The notes beneath the pieces are model-generated. The model worked only from the letters and a program-made list of their open reading frames with translations. It was not told the origin of the DNA and searched no databases. Shown piece by piece: positions 1 to 10,771 of a stretch of 64,000 nucleotides of DNA. Both the position numbers and the translations under genes were made by a program. The stretch comes from Mobula birostris (lineage: Eukaryota): contig NC_092374.1 of assembly GCF_030028105.1 (NCBI RefSeq), positions 163,394,432 through 163,458,431 of the forward strand. Reading direction: 5' to 3'. The first letter of the stretch is position 1. Every line of letters starts with the position of its first letter.

Positions 1-615
1 ACAGTCAGTGCAGTTTAGAAATAACACCTCCTGCTCCCTGACAATCACCACCGGCACATGTCAAGTATGTGTGATTATCCCACTGCTCTACTCCTTTGCA
101 TTCTTGACAGCATGGCTTGCACAGCTCAAATGGTATCTACAAATTCATTGATGACACAACAGTTGTTGGCATAATCTCAAATGGTAATAAGAAGGTGAGC
201 AAGAGGGAGTTTGATCAGCTGGTTGAGTGGTGTCACAACAACCTTACACTCAAAATCAGTAAAACAAGGAATTGATTGTGGACTTCAGGAAGAGGAAGAT
301 GAGAGAACACACACTACTCCTTATTGAGGGGTCTGCAGTGGAAAAAGTGGGCAGATTCAAATTATTGGTTGACAACATCTCAGAGAATCTCTTGAGGGCC
401 CAACATATTGATGCCATCAGATTTCTGAATGGCCCATGAACCCAAGTACATTACCTCACTATTTTGTTCTCTTTTTGCACTATTTATTTTTATGTATTTC
501 TTATTGCAACATACAAATGGTATGTCCTATGTGTTGCACTGTACTGCTGCCACTAAAAAGCAAACTTCACAACATATATCATCTATAATAAACCTGATTT
601 TGATTCTGATTCTGA
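1..615 (+). mobile_element. Rex1/Babar-type LINE fragment (decayed RT plus 3' end)
   Basis: Degenerate 'CVIIPLLYS...KFIDDTTVVGIISNG' RT motifs; ends AATAAA-CCT-(GATTCT)n at ~588-615, the same tail as the copy ending at ~24318. Confidence 0.8.
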
Positions 616-651
616 CTTTTGCGATGATCTAAAATGTATCTGCAAGTCTTA

Positions 652-740
652 CAGTCATGGAGCTCCACAGCACAGAAAGAGGCCTTTCGGCCTAGTCTGT
701 GCCAAACTGTTATTCTGCCTAGTCCCGTCAACCTACGCTT
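652..740 (-). mobile_element. CR1 LINE 3' tip
   Basis: 'cagcacagaaagaggcctttcggcc..tctgtgccaaac' resembles the reverse-complemented CR1 3' end at 42365-42412. Confidence 0.55.
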
Positions 741-749
741 GGATGATAG

Positions 750-970
750 TCTCTGCAATTTCTGCAGCCTTAGGCAGATCAGTTGCCATACCAAACTTTG
801 ATGCATCTGGTTAGGATTCTTTCTACGGTACATCAATAAAAACTGATGAGAGTTAATGGGAACGTGCACCATTTCATCAGCCTTCTGAGGAAATAGATGT
901 TTTGATGTGCTTTCTTGGCATTAACATCTTTGTGGTTGGATTATGACAATCTATGGTGATGCTTACACGT
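750..970 (-). mobile_element. Rex1/Babar LINE fragment
   Basis: 'agccttctgaggaaatagatg..tgtgctttcttggc' is similar to the Rex piece at 4675-4715. Confidence 0.6.
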
Positions 971-1084
971 AGCATAACTAGCTATCACAAAATAACATAA
1001 GGAAAAAAATCATATTTTACATACTGTTAGCATTCTGAAAATGTTGGGGCAGAGTGGAGGTGGATTCTATAGGTTTCGATATCA

Positions 1085-1445
1085 GTAGGTTTCAATAGGT
1101 ACATTTAATGTCAGAGAAATGTTTACAATATACATCCTGAAATTCCTTTTCTTCGCAAGCATCCACGAAAACAAAGGAGTGTCCCAAAGTATGAATGGCA
1201 GTTAAATGTAAGAACCACAAAGCATCCCCCCCCCAGCTCCCCTCTCCAATGCATAAGCAGCAGCAAAGCAACAACCCCACATCCCCCACCAGCAAAAAGC
1301 ATTGGCACCCCACACTGAGCACTCAAGGGTGCAGCAAAGCATCAGTAAAGACACAGACTTGCAGTACCCCAAAGACTGCTCATTCACCCGGTAATTCAAT
1401 GTACCACAGGCTCGCTCTCTCTCCCTAGTAAGGGAAGAAGAGGTG
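1085..1445 (-). mobile_element. Unclassified retroelement 3' end
   Basis: Begins 'ggtacatttaatgtcagagaaatgtttacaatatacatcctg', resembling reverse-complemented LINE/SINE 3' ends; family not resolved. Confidence 0.35.
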
Positions 1446-1484
1446 TCTCTGTTTTTGTCATCTTCCAAAGAGACAGAAACTTAC

Positions 1485-1556
1485 CTTGAAGTCTCTGCAG
1501 GGATATAATTTCCAATGCTGTTGGCAGATGATGCAGTATAAGACCCGCTGGATGCC
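1485..1556 (-). CDS. Candidate 72-bp host exon of an unknown gene (alternative acceptor would give 1485-1627)
   Basis: Minus strand: cctgctctgtgtcag|...72 nt...TTCAAG|gtaagt (consensus donor); no stop in any frame; non-repeat context; peptide not recognised. Confidence 0.3.
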
Positions 1557-3197
1557 CTGACACAGAGCAGGTATTAACTCAATAGGATGAATGGTATTCC
1601 TTCTTTTGCTATAAACATTCTCTAATTCTGTGAAATGAAATTAGTCAGAGCTTGCAGTAAGATCTCAATAGAGAGTTAACAGCATTTAAATAGGATTTTA
1701 AAAATAGAGATCTAAATATTGGAGAAAAGATGTATAGCTAAAATACCACTTTTAAACCATTTTATTTGAAAATTGCTGAATGTAGTATTTTAACAGCATG
1801 CAATTAATCTTCTAATGTTAGTGTTACTTTTGACAGAAAAGTGGAAGTATTAGTAAAATTAAGCATTTTTTAACATAATGCTATTTCTAAAACTGTACAG
1901 AGTGTCTTGGTCCAAGGTTTTCAGAAATTCCTGAATCTTAGGAGATCCTAAAGGAAATAGTTTCTCTAGTTACTAGAGGACCAACTTACTCAGATAAGCT
2001 GAAGATGGATTTTTAAGATTAAATTCCGTGTTAATCAGTCCCACCTCCTAAGCACGAGAGCATTATGAGCACATTGCTGATCAGCAATGTTACTTAATCC
2101 TTTTGTTTCAGTCGCAGCGACTTTGTAGTGTAAAGTCCACAGAAAAGACTGAAGGATCATTCCATTCAGAGAATTCACAGACCGTTATTCAGCACTGACA
2201 GAACCAAAGCATCCGTGTCAATAATGCCTTAGCAAAGATGTGCTCGGTGAAATACGAGATCAGATGCCTGCTGACTGGGCAGTAATATCCATTCCCTTTT
2301 TGATTCATAGTGCATAATCTACAGCCATGCACAAGGAGTTTATATGCTCACAGGCTCCTTCCAGGCCTGAGGGAGACATTAGGCGGGCATGACGTATTTC
2401 ATGAAGTCTAGTTGCATTCAGAAGACAGTTAATGAAAGCATTCTCATTCATCTGTCCCCATGAAACCAAAATGGAATAAATAGTTACAGAGCATCATTTT
2501 ATGTATTATCAGGATGTACACTGATTTATTTTCATGGTGGGTGCTCACCTGTAAAGATATGTAGACATACTGTGAAAAAGGGGTGTGATAATTGCAAGGG
2601 GCAGCACTTGCAAGTGCACTGTGTCTCGCTGCACACATTTCCTGCATCAGCTTGGAGTAATCACACTTTCAGGTTGAGGACTGCAGAAAATTTATAGTGA
2701 ATATGAAGGTTACTCAGCCCATTGCGCTTAGGTTAGTTGATAAAGAATTCACAGCCTGAATCCCTGGGTGAGAAATATCCCTTCTATTCTTTTCAATCCT
2801 TGTCCAAATTACTTTGAATCTTTCATCCCCCAAGCTGTATTTGACTCCACTACCAAAGGAAGAGAAGCAATTCCTTTCATTCTTTCTAAGAGCTTCATAA
2901 TTTCATACATCTCAATTAAATCACAACTCAGCCTTCTCCAGTACAAATGAAACAAAATGGTCCAGCCATGGCTTAAAATGTTTCAGTCCTGGTCGTTCTC
3001 TTGAAAGTGCGCTTACGTCTATATAATGTCAGCTGTGGTGGAATCGTTGCATATATCCTCTGCTTGTATTGTTATAACTTAACCATGTTCTGCACATGGA
3101 GATCTGGATTTAAGGAGCAGGGCTGTCCAATCTTGACATTAATTTATTGATATTGGTTTATTATTGACACATGTAGCAAGATACAGTGAAAAGCTTC

Positions 3198-3903
3198 TGT
3201 CACAACTACAGACTCTGCTGCGGGGTTTATGCACCTCCCCAAGCAGCTGTGCTACAGATTCGGCAATTGCGCCCATGAAAGTGCACATTCCAGATGACAC
3301 ACATCAAAGTTGCTGGTGAACGCAGCAGGCCAGGCAGCATCTCTAGGAAGGGGTACAGTCGACGTTTCGGGCTGAGACCCTTATTCCTGACAAAGGGTCT
3401 TGGTCCGAAATGTCGACTGTACCTCTTTCTAGAGATGTTGCCTGGCCTGCTGCGTTCACCAGCAGCTTTGATGTGTGTTGCTTGACTTTCCAGCATCTGC
3501 AGAATTCCTCGTGTTTACATTCCAGATGATGATGGTTTTGTGAAGGCAGTATTTAACTCCCTTCTTTTCATTGTAGTCTTGTTGAGACTTGACCAAAAGC
3601 ACAGCAACCTTACACTTCCTGCTTATCCACATCATTGTCCAGGAAAGAGGGCTACCACTTCAACTGGCACTGGAAAGGAGCGGTAATCATTATGTATTTA
3701 GTCATTGCTTTCAGCTGCGGTGTTGGCATTTCACTTTCTGTTTGAGAGTTTCAGTTAATGGCCCTGTTGGCCTAATGTTTATTGTTTCTCCTTTCCTTTA
3801 AATTCTGCATCAGTTCTCATTAAAGTCAGTGAACTGTTGACCTGTTTCAGTGTCTCTCTCTTTCTCTCTCTCCACTCTTGGGCTATATCCAAAAGTTCTT
3901 ACA
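3198..3903 (+). mobile_element. Gypsy solo LTR related to the LTR at 47530-47980, interrupted by a mini-PLE
   Basis: Starts TGTCACAAC like 47530; shares 'cttgttgag.cttgac', 'gtttgagagttt' and 'cagttct.att' blocks; ends ...TTACA. Confidence 0.7.
3297..3516 (+). mobile_element. Non-coding fold-back mini-Penelope (pLTR only)
   Basis: Arm 3297-3382 is the inverse of 3393-3478; TSD ACATTCCAGATG(A) at 3285-3297 and 3517-3529. Confidence 0.85.
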
Positions 3904-4346
3904 CATACTGTTTATACAGATCAAATAATTATATGGTGCATTGATCTAGCATAAATTAAATAATAATGGTGAATAAAGTGGAAAAACTACCAGAAGAATG
4001 CAGTGCAGATAAAGGATCAATCGTAACAAGATAGATTTTTGAGGCCAAGGGTCCATCTTATATAAGAGGTCCATTCAAGAGTCTGATAATAATGGTTTAG
4101 GAATATCCTTGAGCTTGGTAGCATGTGTTTTCTGGATTTTGTATCTTCTGTCTGATGGGAGAAGAGAGGGGCAAGAATGTGCAAGGTGGTGTGGTATTGG
4201 ATTATTCTGGCTGCTCTACTGATACAGCAAAAAGTATAGACAGTCCATAGAGAGGAGGCTGGTTCCAGTGATGTGTGAGCTGTGTCCACATGCAGCGCAG
4301 TTTCCATACCAAACCATTATTCATCCAGATAGAATGCTTTCTACGA

Positions 4347-4616
4347 CAGTGGTCCTCAACCTCCGGGATGCGGACTGATACATTGCAGCGAAGAATGCAG
4401 CGGTGCAGCGGTGGCCGGAATGCACCCAGCACACCTTTAACAAAAAAGCCGAAATAAACAAGCCAATTAATTAGGTACCGGGCGGCACCTAATTAATTAG
4501 CTTGTTTATTTCGGCTTTTTTCTTAAAGATGTTCTGGGTGCGTTCCGGCCACTGCTGCACCGCTGCATTCTTCGCTGCAATGTATCAGTCCGCATCCCGG
4601 AGGTTGGGGACCACTG
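4347..4616. mobile_element. Near-perfectly palindromic hAT-type MITE (270 bp)
   Basis: Ends CAGTGGTCCTCAACC / GGTTGGGGACCACTG; ~130-bp arms pair almost to the centre; 8-bp flanks TTCTACGA / TTCTATGG. Confidence 0.85.
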
Positions 4617-4959
4617 TTCTATGGTGTAATGATAAACATTGGAAAGAGTCGATGGAGGCATGTCAAATTTATTTAGCCTTCTGAGGAAGTAGAAGTGTTG
4701 GTGAGCATTTTTAGCCGTAATGTCAACATGTTTGTACCAGGACAGGCCATAGAAGATGTTCTCGCCTAGGAACTTGAATCTCTCAAACTTCTCACCAGTT
4801 ATGTAGACAGGAACATGTGCATTGTTCCCCCCCCCACCCCCCCCAACCCTCCTTTGTGAAGTCAGTGACCAGCTGCTTTGTTTTGTTCACATTGAGGGAA
4901 AGATTGTTGTCATTACACCAAGTCAATAAGTTCCCTATCACCTTCCTGCACACTGTCAG

Positions 4960-5600
4960 TCTTTGTCTGTTTATGTATAGTTTTTTTCTTAAGATTCTAT
5001 TGTATTTCTTTTCCTATAAATGCCTGAAAGAAAATAAATCTCAAAGTAGTATATGGTTACATATATAGTAGGTACTTTGATAATAAATTTACTTTGAACT
5101 TTGAACTATGGCGCTTACAGTGGTGACTCCTACCATATACTGTTGCTTGGTGTTGAGAGGCAGGCAGCGCAACAGTGATGCACATCAATTCTGCCCTTTG
5201 AGCTCAATGTTGCAGTGGAATCCTTTAGCTGTTGTACAAGAGCATGGTCTTCAGTTCTCGTAATTCAGCTACGACTGGGCAAGAGGCACAGAAGCCCAAA
5301 GTCCCAAACTGCCAGGTTCGAGGACAGCTTCTTCCCTACAACCATTTGGTTCCCGACCCAACCCGCACAATGCTAATTACTAGCTCAGCATTGTAACAAT
5401 ATAACCGCTTTGACCTACAATGAACTGTTTTTTTAAAAATATTCCTCTGGTTCTAATTGTGTTATTTCTTGAATGGTTCTTGTTTTATTTTGCTTTTGAA
5501 TGTTGAGTTTTTAATGCTATATGCCCTTAAGTTGCTGCAGTTTTGTTTTACATTGCATTGTGCATACATGATCCTGTTCATATGACATAAACTTGACCTG
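4960..5600 (+). mobile_element. Two Rex-like LINE 3' ends
   Basis: 'aataaatttactttgaactttgaac' tail at ~5082-5106; second 3'-UTR-like piece 'aggttcgaggacagcttcttccc' at ~5260-5600. Confidence 0.5.
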
Positions 5601-5621
5601 AAGAGATTCACTAATGTGTTA

Positions 5622-5649
5622 GGGTTTGGGGGTGGGGGGTGGGCGGGGG
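5622..5649 (+). other. G-quadruplex-forming motif
   Basis: GGG-TTT-GGGGG-T-GGGGGG-T-GGG-C-GGGGG. Confidence 0.6.
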
Positions 5650-6669
5650 AAGAATTAATGGGTGACTGTGACCTTCAGTGGATTGTTTTCTATTGCTTGA
5701 GCTGACCGTCTGAGGTAGTCAGTTCTTTTCTGTTCTTCCAGAGGGAGAACTGATACGTTCACAAGCTTTAAGACAGCAATTTAATTATAGACCCATCACT
5801 ATCACCTAGACCAACATACAAAACTTCTTCTCTTTGCATTGTACACATAAGAAGTTTTGATAGTTTCTCTTCAGCTGAGGTCAGAGGTCAAGAATTTCTC
5901 TCAAATACCTCAGTAAGAAACAAGAATACTGTCTTCTCCTCGGCAGTCTTGACATTATTGAACCTGTGTTCTGACACCTTGCCAGGTTATTCCTTTTATT
6001 GGGAGAGTTCACAGTGAGTGACTCAGCATCTTTCTCCCCTGCTACTTTATAAGATTTCGGTCTGGACGGAATTGATTTTAACTGTGATGTTCCTTCAGCA
6101 ACTCTTCCATGAGCAGTGATTTAGATGCTGGTACAAAATTCTCCATGGTGATCTCTTAGTGAATCATTGTACAGCAATTTATAGATGGCAATGAATTGAA
6201 TCTCACCTGATTTGGCAAGTTAAGTTAATTATTTAAAGAACCGTTTCACTCTGAGAGCTCGGCTTGAAAAAACTAATAAACTAACATGCAGCAATGTGAA
6301 AAATACCATGTCAGCATTTCAGAGGAAATATTTATTTCTTACAATGCAGAGATGTAATTAAAACCGAGTTGGCATGATCTGGTTGTGAGCTGGTCTCCCA
6401 AGAAGTATATTGCTATCATCTTTTAGTTCCAGCACACAGACTGATGAGTATATGAGGATATTGCTGTCATTATGTTGGGGCTTTTCACAAAGGGCAACTT
6501 TGATGAATCAAACTGAAACTGATCCAAAGTGGAAGAGAAAAGAGAAAGGATGAAGGTGATCAACAAAGATTTGAAAGGGGAAATGAGGGAGCGAAACTAA
6601 GGGTGAAAAAGAGGAAGGTTGTGGAAGTGTTGTAGAGAAGGAGAAAATGGAGCCAGAAGTGGTAATCTA

Positions 6670-7158
6670 AACGCAAACAAGAGAAAATCTGCAGATGCTG
6701 GGAACCCAAGAAACACACACAAAATGCTGAAGGAACTCGGCAGGCCAGGCAGCATCTATGGAAAAAGAGTACAGTCAATGTTTTGAGCTGAAACCCCTCG
6801 GCAGGACTGGAGAGAAAAAAAAGCTGGAGTAGATTTGAAAGATGGGAGGAGGGGAGAGAGAAACACAAAGTGATAAGAGAAACTTGAAGGAGGAGAGAAG
6901 AAGTAAAGAGCTAGGATGTTGAGTGGTGAAACAGACAGAAGGTCATGGAAGAAAGAAAAGAGAGGAGCACCAGAAGGGGGCAATCAGCAGGCAAGGAGAT
7001 AGGTTGAGAGAGGGAGAAGGGGATGGGAAATGGTGAAGGACTCGGGGTGGGGGCATTACCGGAAGTTTCAGAAATCGAACTTCATGCCTTCAGGTTGGAA
7101 GCCACCCAAATGGAATATAAGGTGTTGTTCCTCCAACCTAAGTGTGGCCTCATCATGA
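6670..7158 (-). mobile_element. 5'-truncated Penelope-like element (pLTR plus GIY-YIG C-terminus)
   Basis: Homologous to 11780-12271; degenerate hammerhead motif at ~6771-6809. Confidence 0.85.
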
Positions 7159-7217
7159 AGAGGTGTTATGTCTCTTCATGATGAGGAAGGAGAATAGGCC
7201 AAAAATCAAAGTTTTTT

Positions 7218-7281
7218 TAGATTTTAGATTATGAGGACACGCAGTCCTCTTTTATTGTCATTTAGTAATACATGCATTAAT
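7218..7281 (-). mobile_element. 3' tip of the non-autonomous element seen at 15291-15941
   Basis: Reverse complement matches 'taatgcatg..ttactaaatgacaataaaagaggactgcgtgtcc' at ~15884-15930. Confidence 0.75.
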
Positions 7282-7284
7282 TTT

Positions 7285-7995
7285 ATTGACAATACTCAGA
7301 GGATAAACGCAATGAAAATTAGCTTTTTGTAGCAGCGGAATAGTACATTACAAACATAAGCTAACATGAATTTAAAGCATCATGAATTACACATAATGTG
7401 CACAACAAAATAAACAAAGTAAACACAATGAATTTAGTGCAAATTGAAAAAGGGAAAAAAAACTTGAAACATTGTTTATTACTGCAGTCACCGTGGCTGC
7501 AGATTTCAGCTTTACAAGGTAGGAGCAGGAATATTTTATTGTTCTATTGAGAGCTGCCTGCAAAATGGTGCCAATTGCTGGCGCCATCATTTATGGAGAC
7601 AATGGAAACAAAGATGGAAAGAGGATGGAGGTGCAGAGCAAGAGGAAAGGTGGACTGAAGACAAAAATAAATTCACAGTAAATTTAATAACAAAGCATAT
7701 ATACAGTATGTCATCATATACAATTTTGGCGGCTTTCACAAAAGAACAAAGAAACCAAATAGAATCAGTGATAATCTACACGCAAGCAAAAACTGATAAA
7801 CAACCAATGTATAAAAACAAAGGACAAACTGTGTAATAAATAAATAAATAATGCTGAGAACATGAACTGTAATTGAGTCCATATGTTGTGGAATCAGTTC
7901 CATGTTGAAGGTATTCATGCAGGATCGGGAGGCTGATGTTTGAAGAGTATTATCTGTTCCTGAAGCTGGTGGTTTGGGACCTAAGGCCTCTGGAT
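7285..7995 (-). mobile_element. Rex-like LINE 3' fragments
   Basis: 'ctgttcctgaagctggtggtttgggacctaaggc' and A-rich reverse-complemented 3' UTRs. Confidence 0.5.
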
Positions 7996-8254
7996 ATTCT
8001 TAATCATATGTGACATCAGATGTGAGAGATAGGAAGCTAATTTTTGCAATGAATAGTGTTTAAATAGCTCCCAGCCTATTATTTCCATATTTGTGACGTG
8101 AAATGGAATCAAGTTTTTAGAGCAGGAGTCTGTGCCGAGCAACCAAAGATTTTTGAAAGCCCCGAAAGCTATTTGAAGAGATCTTTAAACGTAGTGTCAG
8201 GGTGAGGTGATATTTAATTAGCAGAGCATGGTTCAAACCCACCAGGACAATAAT

Positions 8255-8287
8255 ACAAAACTACAAAACTACAAAGCTACAAAACTA
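8255..8287. repeat. 8-bp tandem repeat (TACAAAAC) x4
   Basis: tacaaaac tacaaaac tacaaagc tacaaaac. Confidence 0.8.
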
Positions 8288-8489
8288 CTGGATGGCCATT
8301 AAGAACTCAAATGGTTTGCATCTGCCCTTTAGAATAGTGAATATATCATCTATACAGAGACAGGCTTACATGTGACTCTAGCCCCACTAATGATCTTAAA
8401 TTTAACAAGACACTAAGTTATACCATAACTCCTACACTGGACTAGAGGAAAGTAATGAAACTTATGGAAATCACTAATAGATGATAAAA

Positions 8490-8780
8490 TCTCTAGCTCC
8501 ACAGAGCCAATCTTACAATGTCTAAATGGTGAGAGCTGTTCTGGATAATAGTCAAGAAGCTATTTGTCATAGTTGTACTCATAGAATCATGCCTTATAGC
8601 TAATGTATCGCACTCTTCCATAACATCGCCTGTCCCATTTGCAAAGCAGACATAACAGATAGCCCTTTTCAATAGCAGGGGAAAGAAGTAGCTGTGGATG
8701 GCCTTAACATTAATTCTAGACTCTCGGCATCAGGCCAAACATGGACAAGGTAACACCAGTACTGTTTTCCTCCATCTTAA
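8490..8780 (+). mobile_element. Old CR1/L2-group LINE endonuclease remnant; related pieces at ~13040-13190 and ~13760-14030
   Basis: Degenerate 'IVVLIESCL' and 'HQAKHGQGN'; downstream 'QLAGEGASRIIPILSD' and a 3'-end-like block. Confidence 0.45.
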
Positions 8781-8919
8781 ACTAAATTTGGAAGATGAAT
8801 GGTAGTAAAAGAATATTCTTCATAGATCAATCATTGGCTGACACCTGAAGGATATAATGACAAATTGGGTCCATGTCAAATGAACCATCCCGTGGGATCA
8901 CCTCACTTTATTTTCTCCT

Positions 8920-9735
8920 CAAAGTAAAAGCCGAAGTCACCAATGAGTTTATCATCATCTGTACAAGTACATGCATGCACAGTTGCAATGAAAATCTTAT
9001 TTGCAGCAGCATCACAGACACATAATATCAGACTTGAAGCATTCACAAAAAGAAAAACACTAATTAAAAATATTACCCACTTTTATTACTAGAAAGAACA
9101 CATTTAGAACAAAAACTACCTTTTAATTTAGTGCAAAATGATCAAAATGTCCATGGTGGTGCTAAACTCAGGGGATTAGGATTGTGCCAATTGGTTTAAG
9201 AACCAAAACGGTTGAAGGGAGGTAGCCGATTTTGAACCTGGTGGTGTGGCACCTCAGGCTTCTGTCCCTCATGCTTAATGGTAGTTTGAGAATACGGCAT
9301 GGCCCAGGTGGTGGGGATCTTTCATGTTGGATGCTGCCTTCTTGAGGCAGTAGATCCAGCAGGTACGACTGATAAGGGGAGGAATGTGTTATTGTTGAAC
9401 TGGGCTGATTCCACTCCTCTTTTAAAACCCAAACAACAGGAAATCTGCAGATGCTGGAAATTCAAGCAACACACAGCAAAGTTGCTGGTGAACGCAGCAG
9501 GCCAGGCAGCATCTCTAGGAAGAGGTACAGTCGACGTTTCAGGCCGAGACCCTTCAAGCAACACACATCAAAGTTGCTGGTGAACGCAGCAGGCCAGGCA
9601 GCATCTCTAGGAAGAGGTACAGTCGACGTTTCAAGCCGAGACCCTGCTGCGTTCACCAGCAACTTTGATGTGTGTTGCTCCACTCCTCTTTGCAGCTTCT
9701 TATATTCCAGTGCATTTAAATTGCTGTACCAGACC
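8920..9735 (-). mobile_element. Rex1/Babar LINE 3' portion interrupted by a mini-PLE
   Basis: 'ttgaacctggtggtgtggcacctcaggcttctgt' and 'ccactcctctttgcagcttctt..ctgtaccagaccatgatgca'. Confidence 0.65.
9423..9678 (-). mobile_element. Non-coding mini-Penelope: pLTR tip, tandem partial copy and inverted stub
   Basis: Direct repeat ~9462-9553 / 9555-9644; inverted stub ~9644-9678; TSD TCCACTCCTCTTT at 9410-9422 and 9679-9691. Confidence 0.85.
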
Positions 9736-10473
9736 ATGATGCAATCTCAACAATCAATTTTTATATCTATCCATTACAGAAAGGATAAATGTTACTACCA
9801 CTCAACCTATGAGGAAAATTCTGCATTCACACTGAAATACCCTCCATCATGTTAAATAGGACGAACTCTGAGAATATCTGTCAGCTCAGACAGGCACAAT
9901 GTGCGGTTGACCATCAGCAACATCAGAAACATACACCATAAAACCATAACACCATCAGACAGAGGAGCAGCAGTAGGCCATTCAGCCCATCAAGTCTGCT
10001 CCGCCATTCCATCATGGCTAACCCTGGATCCCACTCAATCCCATACACCTACATTCGCACCATATCCTTTGATGCCCTGACCAATCAGGAAATGGTTAAC
10101 TTCCACCTTAAATATACCCACAGACTCGGCCTCACTGCAATCTGTGGCAGAGCATTCCAAAGAGTTATGACTCTCTGGCTAAAGAAAATTCCTCCTTACC
10201 TCTGTTCTAAAGGGTTGCCCCTCAATTTTGAGGTTGTCCCCTCTATTTCTGGTTACCACCACCACAGGAAACATCCTCTCCACATCCACCCTAACTAGTC
10301 CTTTCAACATTCAGTAAGTTTCAATGAAATCCCCCTACATTCTTCTAAATTCCAGTGAGTACAGGCCTAATGCTCCTCACATGTTAACCCCTTCATTCCC
10401 AGAATCATCCTTGTGAATACTCACAACACACTGGAGGAACTCAGCAGGTCAGGCAGCAACCGTGGAAACGATG

Positions 10474-10508
10474 AGTCGACGTTTCAGGCCAGAACCCTCG
10501 TCAGGACT
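10474..10508 (-). ncRNA. Minimal type-I hammerhead ribozyme, core intact
   Basis: Minus strand AGTC-CTGACGA-GGGT(TCTG)GCCT-GAAA-CGTC^GACT: stem I 4 bp, CUGANGA, stem II, GAAA, palindromic ACGU helix III, GUC cleavage triplet. Confidence 0.8.
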
Positions 10509-10771
10509 GAAGAGGGAAGGGGCAGAGGCCCTATAAAGAAGGTGGAGCAGGGTGGGAAGAAGAAGGCTGGTAGGTCCAGTTGAAAAACCAGTAATTTGAA
10601 AGAAAAAGGGGTGGGGGAGGGGAAGCAGGGAGGTGATAGGCAGGAAAGGTGAAGAAGGAATAGCGGAAAACACAATGGGTAGTAGAAGGAGGTGGAACCA
10701 TGAGGGAGGTGATAGGTAGCTGGGGGAGGGGGTAGAGTGAAATAGGGATAGAGGAAGGGAGGGGGAGGGAA

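Larger units (their letters stand above)
3143..4950 (-). mobile_element. Rex1/Babar LINE 3' portion interrupted by a solo LTR and a MITE
   Basis: 3' end 'ggtttattattgacacatgtagcaagatacagtgaaaagctt' resumes at ~3904 'catactgttttatacagatc'; antisense RT motifs at ~4620-4950. Confidence 0.7.

Noticed and set aside
1501-1570. Plus-strand exon (ctgcag|...GCAG|gtatt)
   Set aside because: Stops in all three frames and a weak donor
9451-9680. Repeat units as a CRISPR-like array
   Set aside because: Eukaryotic context, no unique spacers and no cas genes; explained by tandem Penelope pLTR pieces inside a TSD
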